From: an uncultured delta proteobacterium
Lineage (GTDB): Bacteria; Desulfobacterota; RBG-13-43-22
Assembly (NCBI GenBank): GCA_963843145.1
Contig: CAWJJC010000020.1
Span: 704,001-768,000, forward strand
Length of the DNA stretch: 64,000 nucleotides
Direction of reading: 5' to 3'
Below the pieces are notes generated by a model. That model was not told where the DNA came from. It saw only the letters and a list, made by a program, of their open reading frames with translations, and did not search any database. A program made the translations under genes and the position numbers. This document shows, one piece after another, positions 10,877-20,430 of this stretch. How positions within the stretch are numbered: the stretch's first letter is position 1; each line of letters opens with the position of its first letter.

Positions 10877-12196
10877 ATGGGAATCGGATCAGCATTTTAT
10901 ACGGGACTCAGCGGGTTGGACACCAGCGGGATGGCCATGGGGGTCATGGGGGATAACCTGGCCAATAGCGGCACCACCGGCTATAAGGGCAGCTCCATTT
11001 ATTTCAGCGATGTCCTGGGCCTGAGTCTTACCGGAGTATCCGGGGGTAACCGGGTGGGGGCTGGGTCCAAAACCCAGGCGGTGGACGTCAATTTTACCCA
11101 GGGCACCTTTGAAACCACCGGGTCCGGGACCGACGTGGCCATCAACGGGAACGGCTTTTTTGTAGTCCGGAATCCCGGTGACGGGGCGGAGTATTTCACC
11201 CGGGACGGCCATATGAGCATCGATAATGAAGGCTATTATATCAACAGCCAAGGGTACCGGATCCAGGGATATAAATACGGCCTGGATTCCGTTACCAAAG
11301 AGTATGCTCTGGAAGAAACCTTAACGGATTTAAAGGTGACCCCCGGCAGCATCAACCCCCCGATAGCCACCACCGCCGCGACCATGAAATTGAATTTGGA
11401 TGCTTCCGCGGACATCAAAACGACGGCTTGGTCTATAGTCAACCCTTCAGCCCCACCGGCTACTATACCCCCAACTCCGGATATGTATAATTTTTCGGCG
11501 CCGGTGACCATCTATGACTCCCTGGGCTCCAGTCATGTGATTCAAGTCTTTTTCACCAAGACCGCCGCCTCCACCTGGGATTGGCACGCCTTGATCGATG
11601 GCGGCGATGTGACCGGAGGTACCGCCGGGGCGCCGCAGTTGTTTGGTTCCGGGGTCGGCATGGCCTTTGATCCGGCAACCGGAAAATTGACCGCCCCCTT
11701 GGCCGCGGTACCCTTTCACGCGGGGGGATTAACCTTCCAGAATGGGAGTCCCTCCATCGCCAGTACGCTTGATTTCGCCGACAGCGTATCCTTTGCCTCC
11801 CCCTCCCTGCTCCAGGACCTGAGTCAGAACGGTTTTCCGGCCGGCAGCGCCACCTCGGTTTCAATCGATGAGTTTGGGAACTTGACGGCCGCCTACTCCA
11901 ACGGCACCAATAAACCCCTGTTCCGTATGGCCCTGGCCACCTTCAAAAGTCTAAGCGGCCTGGAGCGAAAAGGGCTGACCCTTTACCAGAACACCATTGC
12001 TTCCGGCGACCCCCTCTACGGAAAGGCCGGGGAAGGGAGTTTGGGAAAGATCAACCCCACCATGCTGGAAGCGGCCAACGTGGATCTGGCCTCGGAGATG
12101 ATCAAAATGATCATCGTGCAGCGGGCCTACCAGGCCAACGCCAAGGTCATCACCATGGTCGATGAGATGATGCAGGCCGTTCAAAATATCCGCTAA
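10877..12196 (+). CDS. flgE: Flagellar hook protein FlgE
   Basis: GDNLANSGTTGYK, DVAINGNGFF, YDSLG, LEAANVDLASE, QRAYQANAK. Confidence 0.97.
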   Translation: MGIGSAFYTGLSGLDTSGMAMGVMGDNLANSGTTGYKGSSIYFSDVLGLSLTGVSGGNRVGAGSKTQAVDVNFTQGTFETTGSGTDVAINGNGFFVVRNPGDGAEYFTRDGHMSIDNEGYYINSQGYRIQGYKYGLDSVTKEYALEETLTDLKVTPGSINPPIATTAATMKLNLDASADIKTTAWSIVNPSAPPATIPPTPDMYNFSAPVTIYDSLGSSHVIQVFFTKTAASTWDWHALIDGGDVTGGTAGAPQLFGSGVGMAFDPATGKLTAPLAAVPFHAGGLTFQNGSPSIASTLDFADSVSFASPSLLQDLSQNGFPAGSATSVSIDEFGNLTAAYSNGTNKPLFRMALATFKSLSGLERKGLTLYQNTIASGDPLYGKAGEGSLGKINPTMLEAANVDLASEMIKMIIVQRAYQANAKVITMVDEMMQAVQNIR

Positions 12197-12218
12197 CTGC
12201 TTTGAGAGCCTTTAAGGG

Positions 12219-12269
12219 TACGGGAGGGGACTTCGGCCAGCTCAGCCAAGCCGTTCAGCCCCTCCCGTA
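12219..12269 (+). terminator. Stem-loop after flgE (terminator or REP-like)
   Basis: TACGGGAGGGG...CCCCTCCCGTA 11-bp inverted repeat 22 nt after the flgE stop; poor U-tract. Confidence 0.5.
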
Positions 12270-12291
12270 TTCACTAATTATTAATTGGTTG

Positions 12292-12600
12292 TTCGCCCTT
12301 TTGGGTGGGTGGCCACAATATCTGGTAGATTAGACTGAAATCAGGCCTTCGTGGCCGATGGGTCTCGGCGAAAGGGTTTTCCACCTTGCTTTATAGGTTC
12401 TAACCCGGCCCCCATGTTTCTAAATCTTCACGGAGGCAGGGCCGGCCGAAGAAGCATCAAAAGCCTTTGAGTTTGGGCCTGCTTCAAATAAAATTGGTAA
12501 TTTAGGCCCGGATTCGAAGTCCGGAGTACCTTTGGAAAGCCCTTTCGCCGAGACCCATCGGCCATACCAGATCTGGGGGGTACCCACCCAAAAGGGCGAA
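12292..12600. repeat. Composite inverted-repeat (MITE/REP-like) element made of two head-to-head copies
   Basis: Perfect 19-bp terminal IR TTCGCCCTTTTGGGTGGGT / ACCCACCCAAAAGGGCGAA; inner IR 12352-12383 vs 12533-12564 (31/32); homologous copy at 41771-41909. Confidence 0.85.
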
Positions 12601-12833
12601 GCGTCTATTAATTTAACGCCGCCTTCGACTCGGCCGGAAGAAGTGGGTTCCGGCCCGGGATAACTCCGCGATCCCACTCCTCCAACACGCTCCCGATCGG
12701 TCTTAGCGTACGAAACGGAATCTCGCGCCCTTCGGCCCGGACATGCAGAGACGGAGTCCCTCTCCGCCCGCCCCTTGGTCATCCCGGGTTTGTTGCGGGC
12801 GGAAAAATATAAAACCCTGCCGGACGCTCGACT

Positions 12834-12847
12834 GTCAACCGATTGAC
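12834..12847. promoter_or_regulatory. Candidate enhancer (bEBP binding site) for the fliL promoter
   Basis: Palindrome GTCAA-N4-TTGAC about 100 bp upstream of the sigma54 site; resembles a FleQ-type box. Confidence 0.5.
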
Positions 12848-12949
12848 GCTTACCCTTCGAATTGACGAACTCTCCCCGACGCCCTGTCCCCACATGAAAA
12901 ATAAACCATAGATAACAACTAGTTAAGTAATACCGCTTCGATTCCCATC

Positions 12950-12965
12950 TGGCATAGGCTTTGCT
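12950..12965 (+). promoter_or_regulatory. Sigma54 promoter of the fliL operon
   Basis: TGGCAT-AGGCT-TTGCT. Confidence 0.85.
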
Positions 12966-13056
12966 TAATAGGAAGTCGACGTCGCCACCCAGGGTAATCC
13001 CCTCCGCCAAGGAGGACCTAAGTTTGCGACCCTATCACTAAAACCGATGGACAGCG

Positions 13057-13596
13057 ATGGCTAAGAAAATAGCAGAAATTCCCCCCGAATCTCAGGATGA
13101 AGACAGCCCGGTTCCGCAGAAATCGGCTTTGAAAAAATGGCTGATCCTGGGGGGCCTGGTGTTCATCCTGCTGGCGGCCGGGGGTGGGGCGGCCGTCTTT
13201 TTTCTCCCGGAGTATCTGCCCGAACCGCTCAATTTTTTTGACCAAAAACCGGCCAAAGGCTCCCCGGCCCACAAAAAACCCCCTGAAGAGGAACGAGGCC
13301 ACATTTACACCATGGACCCCCTCATCGTCAATCTAGCCGATGCCGACCAGAACCGGTACTTAAAAATTCGAATCAACCTGGAAAGTACGAAGCCGGAAGC
13401 GAACGAGGAATTTTCCAAGAAACTGCCCTTGATCAAGGATACCATCCTGACCATTTTGTCCCAAAAAAAGAGTGAAGAAATGTTTCCCTCTTCCGGCAAG
13501 GAAAAATTGAAAGCGGAAATGTTGCGCTCGATTAATCCCAACTTGCTCGAATTGAAAATAAAAGCCGTTTATTTTAGCGAATTCGTCATCCAATGA
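13057..13596 (+). CDS. fliL: Flagellar basal body protein FliL
   Basis: N-terminal TM, PLIVNLAD..RYLK, IKDTIL..LS, VYFSEFVIQ. Confidence 0.95.
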   Translation: MAKKIAEIPPESQDEDSPVPQKSALKKWLILGGLVFILLAAGGGAAVFFLPEYLPEPLNFFDQKPAKGSPAHKKPPEEERGHIYTMDPLIVNLADADQNRYLKIRINLESTKPEANEEFSKKLPLIKDTILTILSQKKSEEMFPSSGKEKLKAEMLRSINPNLLELKIKAVYFSEFVIQ

Positions 13597-14576
13597 GCAA
13601 AATTTTATCTCAGGAAGAAATCGATGCCCTCCTCTTCGGAGTGGAGGAGGGAGCGGTCCCCACGCAGCCGGATCAGCCGGTTGATTCGGTGGTGGTTCCT
13701 TATGACCTGACCAACCAAGACCGCGTTATCCGGGAAAGAATGCCTTCCCTGGAAATCATCAATGACCAGTTTTCCCGTTTTATCCGGAACACCCTCTCTT
13801 CTGCGCTGCGAAAAATCCTGGAAGTCAGCATCCAGGGCATCCAGATGATTAAATTCGGTGAATTCATCCGCACTCTTCCCGTCCCCAGCAGCCTGCATAT
13901 CTTTAAGATGGAGCCCCTGCGCGGGCACGCCATTTTAGTGCTGGATCCCAAGATGGTTTTCACCTTGATCGATGTGTTCCTGGGGGGAACCGGGAAAGGG
14001 ACTTACCGTATCGAGGGACGGGAATTTACGGCCATTGAATCTCGGTTGATCTACCGGGTGGTGGTGATGATCCTGACCGAACTGGAAAAGGCCTGGCATC
14101 CCGTGCATCCAGTGAGCATTCAATATGTACGCAGCGAAATCAATCCCCAGTTTGTCAGTATCGTCGGACCGAACGACCTGATGATCATGACGACCTTCGG
14201 ACTGGAGCTGGAACACTTTACGGGAATGATCAACATTTGCATCCCCTATGCCCTGCTGGAACCGATCAAAAACAAACTCTATTCCGGGTACCAGCGCGAT
14301 CGACTGGCGGTCGATAAAGGCTGGATCCGGCGCTTTGAAGCCGGCATCCAGCAGGCGGAAATCGACCTGGTCGTGGAACTGGGGCGGACCCAGCTTAAAG
14401 TGAAGGATTTGCTGAAACTGAAAATAGGCGACACCCTGGTACTCAATACCGAAGCCAACGATTGTCTGATCGCTAAAGTGCAGGGAGTTCCCAAGTATCT
14501 GGGACACTCCGGACTGTATGGTGCGAATAAGGCCTTCCAAGTCAAAGAAAAGATATCCCTGCCCCGAAATGGTTAA
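13593..14576 (+). CDS. fliM: Flagellar motor switch protein FliM
   Basis: ILSQEEIDALL CheY-binding motif, GGTG..REFT.IE, SEINPQF, SpoA C-terminus. Confidence 0.97.
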   Translation: MSKILSQEEIDALLFGVEEGAVPTQPDQPVDSVVVPYDLTNQDRVIRERMPSLEIINDQFSRFIRNTLSSALRKILEVSIQGIQMIKFGEFIRTLPVPSSLHIFKMEPLRGHAILVLDPKMVFTLIDVFLGGTGKGTYRIEGREFTAIESRLIYRVVVMILTELEKAWHPVHPVSIQYVRSEINPQFVSIVGPNDLMIMTTFGLELEHFTGMINICIPYALLEPIKNKLYSGYQRDRLAVDKGWIRRFEAGIQQAEIDLVVELGRTQLKVKDLLKLKIGDTLVLNTEANDCLIAKVQGVPKYLGHSGLYGANKAFQVKEKISLPRNG

Positions 14577-14588
14577 AAGAGGTTAACG

Positions 14589-14954
14589 ATGGAAGAACAA
14601 GCGACCCCGCTGAACGAAGAGGAACTGCAAGAAGTCATGGAGATGGAATTGGATCCCCTGGAAAACCGGTCTCCTGAGCCCAACGGACCGACCGTTACCA
14701 ACCTGGATTTCATCCTGGATATCCCCATGGAGGTTTCCGTGGAACTGGGCCGGTCCAAAATGTTGATCAGCGATCTGCTGCAACTGGGTCAAGGTTCGGT
14801 CATCGAATTGACCAAACTGGCCGGGGAACCATTGGAAGTGCTGGTCAATCAAAGATTGATCGCCCGGGGAGAAGTGGTGGTGGTGAATGAAAAATTCGGC
14901 ATCCGGCTGACGGATATCATCAGCCCCACCGAACGGGTCAAGCGGTTGGGCTGA
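14589..14954 (+). CDS. fliN: Flagellar motor switch protein FliN
   Basis: ILDIPMEVSVELG..GEVVVVNEKFGIRLTDII. Confidence 0.97.
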   Translation: MEEQATPLNEEELQEVMEMELDPLENRSPEPNGPTVTNLDFILDIPMEVSVELGRSKMLISDLLQLGQGSVIELTKLAGEPLEVLVNQRLIARGEVVVVNEKFGIRLTDIISPTERVKRLG

Positions 14955-14960
14955 GCGGGA

Positions 14961-15359
14961 TTGGACATGGGCTGGGTGGTATTTAAAATGTTGTTTGCGC
15001 TGAGCCTGGTTCTGGGCCTGCTGTTTCTGCTGGTTCGGGTCTTGAAGCGAACCCCGCTGATTCGAAAAGATCTCCCCACGGATTTTGACATTCGAGTCCT
15101 GACCACCAAACCGATCGCTCCTCGGAAGTTCATTTCCTTAGTGGAAATCGGCGGAGAAGTGCTGGCTCTGGGGATTTCGGAGGCCCAGGTCAGTTACCTG
15201 ACAAAAATTGAAAACCCGGAATGGCTAAAAAAATGGAAGCAGGGGACTCCCCCCGGTCCTGCCGGCACGCTGCCCGCCTGGATGGGAAATTTTCCATTGA
15301 AGAAAAGAAAAACCATCTCCTCCTCCGAGGAAAGAAGGGTATACGAGAATGGGGAATAA
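14961..15359 (+). CDS. fliO: Flagellar biosynthesis protein FliO
   Basis: N-terminal [16 protein letters not shown]; between fliN and fliP. Confidence 0.88.
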   Translation: MDMGWVVFKMLFALSLVLGLLFLLVRVLKRTPLIRKDLPTDFDIRVLTTKPIAPRKFISLVEIGGEVLALGISEAQVSYLTKIENPEWLKKWKQGTPPGPAGTLPAWMGNFPLKKRKTISSSEERRVYENGE

Positions 15360-16122
15360 AAGCCTTCTCTCTATCATCCCGGTAATCGTGGTCGGCTGGG
15401 CGATCGGATTGACGCCCGCCGTCTGCTGGGGGCAAGGCTCTGCCTTGCCTCTTCCCGCCTTGAATATCGGCTTGGGGGCGGCGAAAAACCCGGGGGACGT
15501 TTCGGTCCTCGTTCAAATTCTTTTCCTCCTGACGGTCCTTTCTCTGGCCCCGGCGATCCTGATTATGATGACCTCCTTTACCCGCCTGGCTATCGTTTTT
15601 TCCTTTATACGTCATGCCATCGGCACCCAGCAGATGCCCCCCAACCAGATCCTGATCGGCTTGTCCCTGTTTTTGACCTTTTTTATCATGACCCCGGTCT
15701 GGCAGTCGGTCAAGACCACCGCCTGGGATCCCTATATGAAGAAGACCATCAACCAGGAGCAGGCCTTGGAAGCGGCGGCCAAGCCGGTGCGGGCCTTTAT
15801 GTTCAAACAGACTCGGGAAAAAGACCTGGCCCTGTTCGTCAACTTGGCCAAAATCGTCAAGCCTAAGAATACCGAAGACATCCCGACCACGGTGCTGGTC
15901 CCGGCCTTTATGATCAGCGAGTTGAAAACCGCCTTTCAAATTGGATTTGTCCTCTTTCTCCCTTTTTTGGTGATCGACCTGGTGGTGTCCAGCATCCTCC
16001 TCTCCATGGGCATGATGATGCTGCCGCCGGTGATGATCTCCCTGCCGTTCAAGATCTTGTTGTTTGTCCTGGTGGACGGCTGGCATTTAATTGTAGGTTC
16101 TCTGGTAAAAAGTTTCCTGTAA
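15349..16122 (+). CDS. fliP: Flagellar export gate FliP
   Basis: TSFTR, QMPPNQ, AFQIGF, GMMMLPP..ISLPFK, DGW. Confidence 0.98.
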   Translation: MGNKSLLSIIPVIVVGWAIGLTPAVCWGQGSALPLPALNIGLGAAKNPGDVSVLVQILFLLTVLSLAPAILIMMTSFTRLAIVFSFIRHAIGTQQMPPNQILIGLSLFLTFFIMTPVWQSVKTTAWDPYMKKTINQEQALEAAAKPVRAFMFKQTREKDLALFVNLAKIVKPKNTEDIPTTVLVPAFMISELKTAFQIGFVLFLPFLVIDLVVSSILLSMGMMMLPPVMISLPFKILLFVLVDGWHLIVGSLVKSFL

Positions 16123-16138
16123 GGAGCGAGGTGCCTTC

Positions 16139-16408
16139 ATGACCCCGGAAATGGTAATCAGCCTGGCCAAAGAGACCGTGGAATTGACCTTGCTGATCTC
16201 CCTGCCCATGCTGGCCGTAGGCTTGATTATCGGCGTGGGAATCGGCTTGCTGCAGTCCCTGACCCAGATCCAGGAGATGACCCTGGTCTTGGTACCCAAG
16301 ATTATCGCCACCCTGCTGGTTCTGCTTTTCATGCTGCCCTGGATGATGAATAAGATGACGGCCTATACCGAACAACTGATCCTCAACATTCCTACTTACG
16401 CCAAATGA
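16139..16408 (+). CDS. fliQ: Flagellar export gate FliQ
   Basis: Q..TQIQEMTL..VPK, LPWM. Confidence 0.96.
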   Translation: MTPEMVISLAKETVELTLLISLPMLAVGLIIGVGIGLLQSLTQIQEMTLVLVPKIIATLLVLLFMLPWMMNKMTAYTEQLILNIPTYAK

Positions 16409-16415
16409 GGGAACT

Positions 16416-17207
16416 GTGCCCATTTCCTGGTTGAACTGGTCTCTGACGCAATTTCAGGCTTTCGTCATCGTCCTGACCCGGGTGGCCGCGGTCTTGTTTA
16501 TGATGCCGCTCCTGGGTACGCGCTATGTGCCCACCCTGGTAAAAATCGGGTTGGCCTTGGTGATCAGCTTGATCCTCCTGCCCTTGGTCAAGGTGGAAGT
16601 CTCGACCGCCCTGTTTGAACCGGTGGGCTTCGCCTGGTATCTGATCGCCGAGCTGATGCTTGGCCTCATCCTGGGGCTGACCATGAAGCTGATCTTCGCC
16701 GGGATCCAGTTGGCCGGGGAGTTCATGGGTTATCAGATGGGCCTGGCCATGGCCAGCCTTTTTGACCCCCAGTCCGGGGTGAACAACACGGTGACGGCCG
16801 AGTTCCTTTATCTGGTGGCCCTCTTGTTCTTCCTGGCCCTGAACGGGCACCACTGGTTTTTTAAGGCCCTGGTGGAAAGTTTCCGGGAGGTTGAACCGGG
16901 AGTGTTGCCGGTTCGGGCTGGCTTGTATGAATACCTGCTGCAGCTTTCCGGAAAGATGTTCGTGATCGCCATCAAGCTGGTGGCCCCGGTCATGGCCATT
17001 GTCTTGTTTGTCCATATGGCCCTGGGTCTGACGGCCAAGATGGTCCCCCAAATCAATCTACTGATGGCCAGTTTCCCCCTGACCATCGGCCTGGGTTTGG
17101 TCTTTCTGGCCTTATCGATCGAACTATTCGGCCCGTATTTTCAATCCCTGTTTGAAGAAACGGGAATGGGAATGATAAAAACCGTTCTCCCTTTAATGGG
17201 CAGGTAA
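16416..17207 (+). CDS. fliR: Flagellar export gate FliR
   Basis: AGE..GYQMGL..FDP, NGHH, PQIN; hydrophobic. Confidence 0.95.
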   Translation: MPISWLNWSLTQFQAFVIVLTRVAAVLFMMPLLGTRYVPTLVKIGLALVISLILLPLVKVEVSTALFEPVGFAWYLIAELMLGLILGLTMKLIFAGIQLAGEFMGYQMGLAMASLFDPQSGVNNTVTAEFLYLVALLFFLALNGHHWFFKALVESFREVEPGVLPVRAGLYEYLLQLSGKMFVIAIKLVAPVMAIVLFVHMALGLTAKMVPQINLLMASFPLTIGLGLVFLALSIELFGPYFQSLFEETGMGMIKTVLPLMGR

Positions 17208-17209
17208 CC

Positions 17210-18277
17210 ATGGCTGAAGAATTTTCCGGGGAAAAAAGCGAACAGGCCACACCACGGCGGCGGGAGGAGGCCCGTAAAAAAGGGCAGGTCGCCAAAAGCC
17301 GAGAAATCCCTTCGGTCCTGGTGTTGATGACCGGGCTGCTGGTCCTTTTATTAATCGGCCGGCATTTGACACAACGTTTGGCGGACTTCACGGCCCAGAT
17401 GCTGGGACGGGCCGGCACGCTGTCGATCACACCCTCCTCGGTCCAGGCCCTGGGTCAGGAGCTGGTTACTTTTCTCCTGGTAGCCCTGGCTCCTCTCATG
17501 CTGGCCGTCCTGGCCATGGCGGTTCTGTCCAACTATATCCAGGTCGGTTCCCTGTTTGCCTTGGAACTCATCAAACCCGATTTTTCCAAGATCGATATTT
17601 TTAAGGGTTTGAAGCGTCTCTTTTCGATCCAATCCTTAGTGGAGATGCTTAAATCCTTGCTGAAATTGGTGATTATCGGCTATGTGGCCTATTCCACCAT
17701 CGCCGGAGAACTGCAAGAAATCCTACCCCTCACCGATCAGGAATTACCCGCCATCTTTAGCTATATCAGTCGGGTATCTTTCAACATCTTCATCAAGTCG
17801 ACCCTGGTGATGGCCTTGCTGGCCGGTCTGGACTATGTTTTCCAGCGGTTTCAGCACGAAAAGAAACTGCGCATGTCCCATCAGGAATTAAAGGAAGAGT
17901 TTAAACAGACCGAAGGAGACCCGTTAATCAAATCGCGGGTGCGCAGCCTCCAAAGGGAAATGGCCCGCCGGAGGATGATGGCCGAAGTCCCCAAGGCCGA
18001 TGTGATCATCACCAACCCAACCCATTTGGCCATAGCCGTAACCTATCGCAGCGGGGAAATGGTCGCCCCCCAAGTGTCGGCCAAAGGGGCGAATTTTCTG
18101 GCTGAGAAGATCAAAGAAATCGCCCGACACCATGGAATTCCCGTCCTGGAAAATAAACCCCTGGCCCAAGCCCTCTTTAAAACCGTGGATTTGGGGCAGA
18201 TGATCCCTCCCAGCCTCTACCAAGTGGTAGCGGAAATATTAGCCTATGTGTACCGGCTTAAAAACAAAAGGATCTGA
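17210..18277 (+). CDS. flhB: Flagellar export switch FlhB
   Basis: EKSE.ATP, EGDP, NPTH autocleavage motif, ENKPLA. Confidence 0.98.
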   Translation: MAEEFSGEKSEQATPRRREEARKKGQVAKSREIPSVLVLMTGLLVLLLIGRHLTQRLADFTAQMLGRAGTLSITPSSVQALGQELVTFLLVALAPLMLAVLAMAVLSNYIQVGSLFALELIKPDFSKIDIFKGLKRLFSIQSLVEMLKSLLKLVIIGYVAYSTIAGELQEILPLTDQELPAIFSYISRVSFNIFIKSTLVMALLAGLDYVFQRFQHEKKLRMSHQELKEEFKQTEGDPLIKSRVRSLQREMARRRMMAEVPKADVIITNPTHLAIAVTYRSGEMVAPQVSAKGANFLAEKIKEIARHHGIPVLENKPLAQALFKTVDLGQMIPPSLYQVVAEILAYVYRLKNKRI

Positions 18278-18330
18278 GGAGAAGATGAAACCCATTTTTC
18301 TTTGGCCAAGAGACATTCCCAGAGGGCACC

Positions 18331-20430
18331 ATGGCGGTTGATTCTTTAGCTCCGGCTGCTCCGCTCCTTAGGGACAAAATCCGTTTAGACCAGGTCGACC
18401 TGATGATGGGGATCGGGGTGGTGGCCGTGCTCCTGGTCATGATCATCCCTTTGCCGGCTTTCATTTTGGATATACTTTTGTCCCTGAGCATCACCTGCTC
18501 TCTGGTCATTTTATTGACCTCCACCTATATTACCAAGCCCCTGGAATTTTCCACTTTTCCCTCCGTCCTGCTGGTCACCACCCTTTTCCGGCTGTCCCTG
18601 AACGTGGCCTCTACCCGCCTGATCCTCCTGCACGGCAACGAGGGCGGCGCCGCCGCCGGGCAGGTGATTAGGTCTTTTGGCAATTTCGTGGTGGGCGGCA
18701 ATTTTCTGGTGGGGTTTATCATCTTCAGCATCTTAGTCATTATTAATTTTGTGGTTATTACCAAGGGAAGCGGTCGAATCGCCGAAGTGGCGGCCCGCTT
18801 TACCCTGGATGCCATGCCGGGCAAGCAGATGGCCATCGATGCCGACTTGAACGCCGGGTTGATCGATGATCGGGAGGCCCGAAGCCGACGCGGCCAGATC
18901 GCCCGGGAGGCCGAATTTTATGGGTCCATGGATGGGGCCAGCAAATTCGTTCGCGGGGAGGCCATTGCCGGGATCATTATCATTCTAATCAATATCGGCG
19001 GCGGATTCATCATCGGCGTGTTGCAGCAATCCTTGTCGCTGGCCGTGGCCGCGCAGAACTACACCATCCTGACTATCGGCGACGCCTTGGTGACCCAGAT
19101 CCCGGCCCTGATGATTTCCACGGCCGCCGGTATTATCGTCACCCGGGCCGCCTCGGAAAACAGCATGGGAAAAGAACTCGGGCGGCAGTTCAAACTCCAG
19201 CCTCAGGCGATCAGTCTATCCGCCGGCATCCTTTTTTTCTTTGGCCTGATACCCGGACTGCCCCACCTTCCCTTTATCAGTCTGGCGTTGATTATCGGCT
19301 TTCTAGCGTTTCTGGTCTTCCGGGAACAAAAACGGCTGGCGGAAGGACTGGCGGCGGCGGAACCCAAAAAAGGTGCCGCTCAACCCGCCGAGCAGATCGA
19401 ATCCCTGCTGCATCTGGACCTGCTGGAATTGGAGGTGGGCTACGGTTTGATCCCCTTGGTGGATGAAGAACAACAGGGAAATCTCCTGGAACGGATCCGT
19501 TCCATCCGGCGCCAGTTCGCCTTGGAAATGGGTTTTATCGTTTCCCCGCTGCGGGTCCGGGACAACTTGCAGTTGAAACCGGGGGAATATCGTTTTCTGA
19601 TTAAGAACAACGAAGTAGCCAGAGGAGAAATGATGTTGGGCTATTGCCTGGCGTTGAACCCCGGCGAAGTAAAAAACGTCATCGAGGGAATCCCCACCCA
19701 GGAACCCGCTTTTCAACTCCCGGCCCTGTGGATCTCCGAAAAAAGAAAAGACGAGGCCCAGTTTGCCGGTTATACGGTGGTGGATATTTCGACCATTATC
19801 GCCACCCATTTAACGGAAGTCATCCGGAGCCATGCCCAGGAATTGCTGAGCCGCCAGGATGTGCAAAAATTATTGGACCACCTGTCCCAGAGTTACCCCA
19901 AATCGGTGGATGAATTGATCCCCAACCTGCTTTCCCTCGGGGTAATTCAGAGGGTTTTACAGAATTTATTGAAAGAAAGGGTTTCCATCCGGGATCTCCT
20001 GACAATCGTTGAAACTTTGGCTGACTACGGCCCGGTCACCAAAGATCCGGATATCCTTACCGAGTACGTTCGTCAAAAAATCGCCCGTTCCATCCTGAAA
20101 CAATATGAAACCGTCGAAGGTGTTTTGCCGCTGGTCACCCTGGATCAGCATCTGGAAGACATTCTTCGGGACGGCATTCAGAAAGTGGACCAGGGCGCTT
20201 ATCTTTCCTTAGAGCCCAGTCTGGCCCAGCGGATCCTGGTCAGCATCAACCAGACCCTGGAAAAAACCGTTCATTTAAATTATCAACCGATAATTCTCTG
20301 TTCACCCCCGATTCGGCGCCATCTAAAAAAACTGCTGGACCGGTTTATGCCCCAAGTGGTGGTCATCTCTCATAATGAGCTGACCGCCAAATCCAAAATT
20401 CAATCCTTAGGTACGGTGACTATCAGCTAA
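18331..20430 (+). CDS. flhA: Flagellar export protein FlhA
   Basis: RIAEVAARFTLDAMPGKQMAIDADL, FYGSMDGASKFVRG. Confidence 0.98.
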   Translation: MAVDSLAPAAPLLRDKIRLDQVDLMMGIGVVAVLLVMIIPLPAFILDILLSLSITCSLVILLTSTYITKPLEFSTFPSVLLVTTLFRLSLNVASTRLILLHGNEGGAAAGQVIRSFGNFVVGGNFLVGFIIFSILVIINFVVITKGSGRIAEVAARFTLDAMPGKQMAIDADLNAGLIDDREARSRRGQIAREAEFYGSMDGASKFVRGEAIAGIIIILINIGGGFIIGVLQQSLSLAVAAQNYTILTIGDALVTQIPALMISTAAGIIVTRAASENSMGKELGRQFKLQPQAISLSAGILFFFGLIPGLPHLPFISLALIIGFLAFLVFREQKRLAEGLAAAEPKKGAAQPAEQIESLLHLDLLELEVGYGLIPLVDEEQQGNLLERIRSIRRQFALEMGFIVSPLRVRDNLQLKPGEYRFLIKNNEVARGEMMLGYCLALNPGEVKNVIEGIPTQEPAFQLPALWISEKRKDEAQFAGYTVVDISTIIATHLTEVIRSHAQELLSRQDVQKLLDHLSQSYPKSVDELIPNLLSLGVIQRVLQNLLKERVSIRDLLTIVETLADYGPVTKDPDILTEYVRQKIARSILKQYETVEGVLPLVTLDQHLEDILRDGIQKVDQGAYLSLEPSLAQRILVSINQTLEKTVHLNYQPIILCSPPIRRHLKKLLDRFMPQVVVISHNELTAKSKIQSLGTVTIS

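Noticed and set aside
12500-12530. tRNA-like T arm (TTCGAATCC on the minus strand, also about 41858-41866)
   Set aside because: No cloverleaf or acceptor stem; it is an internal hairpin of the repeat
12600-12830. SRP/6S RNA or c-di-GMP riboswitch in the flgE-fliL gap
   Set aside because: Only isolated hairpins; diagnostic motifs not found by eye
12420-13010. 196-aa minus-strand ORF
   Set aside because: Runs through the repeat and the fliL promoter, has no recognisable motifs; likely spurious
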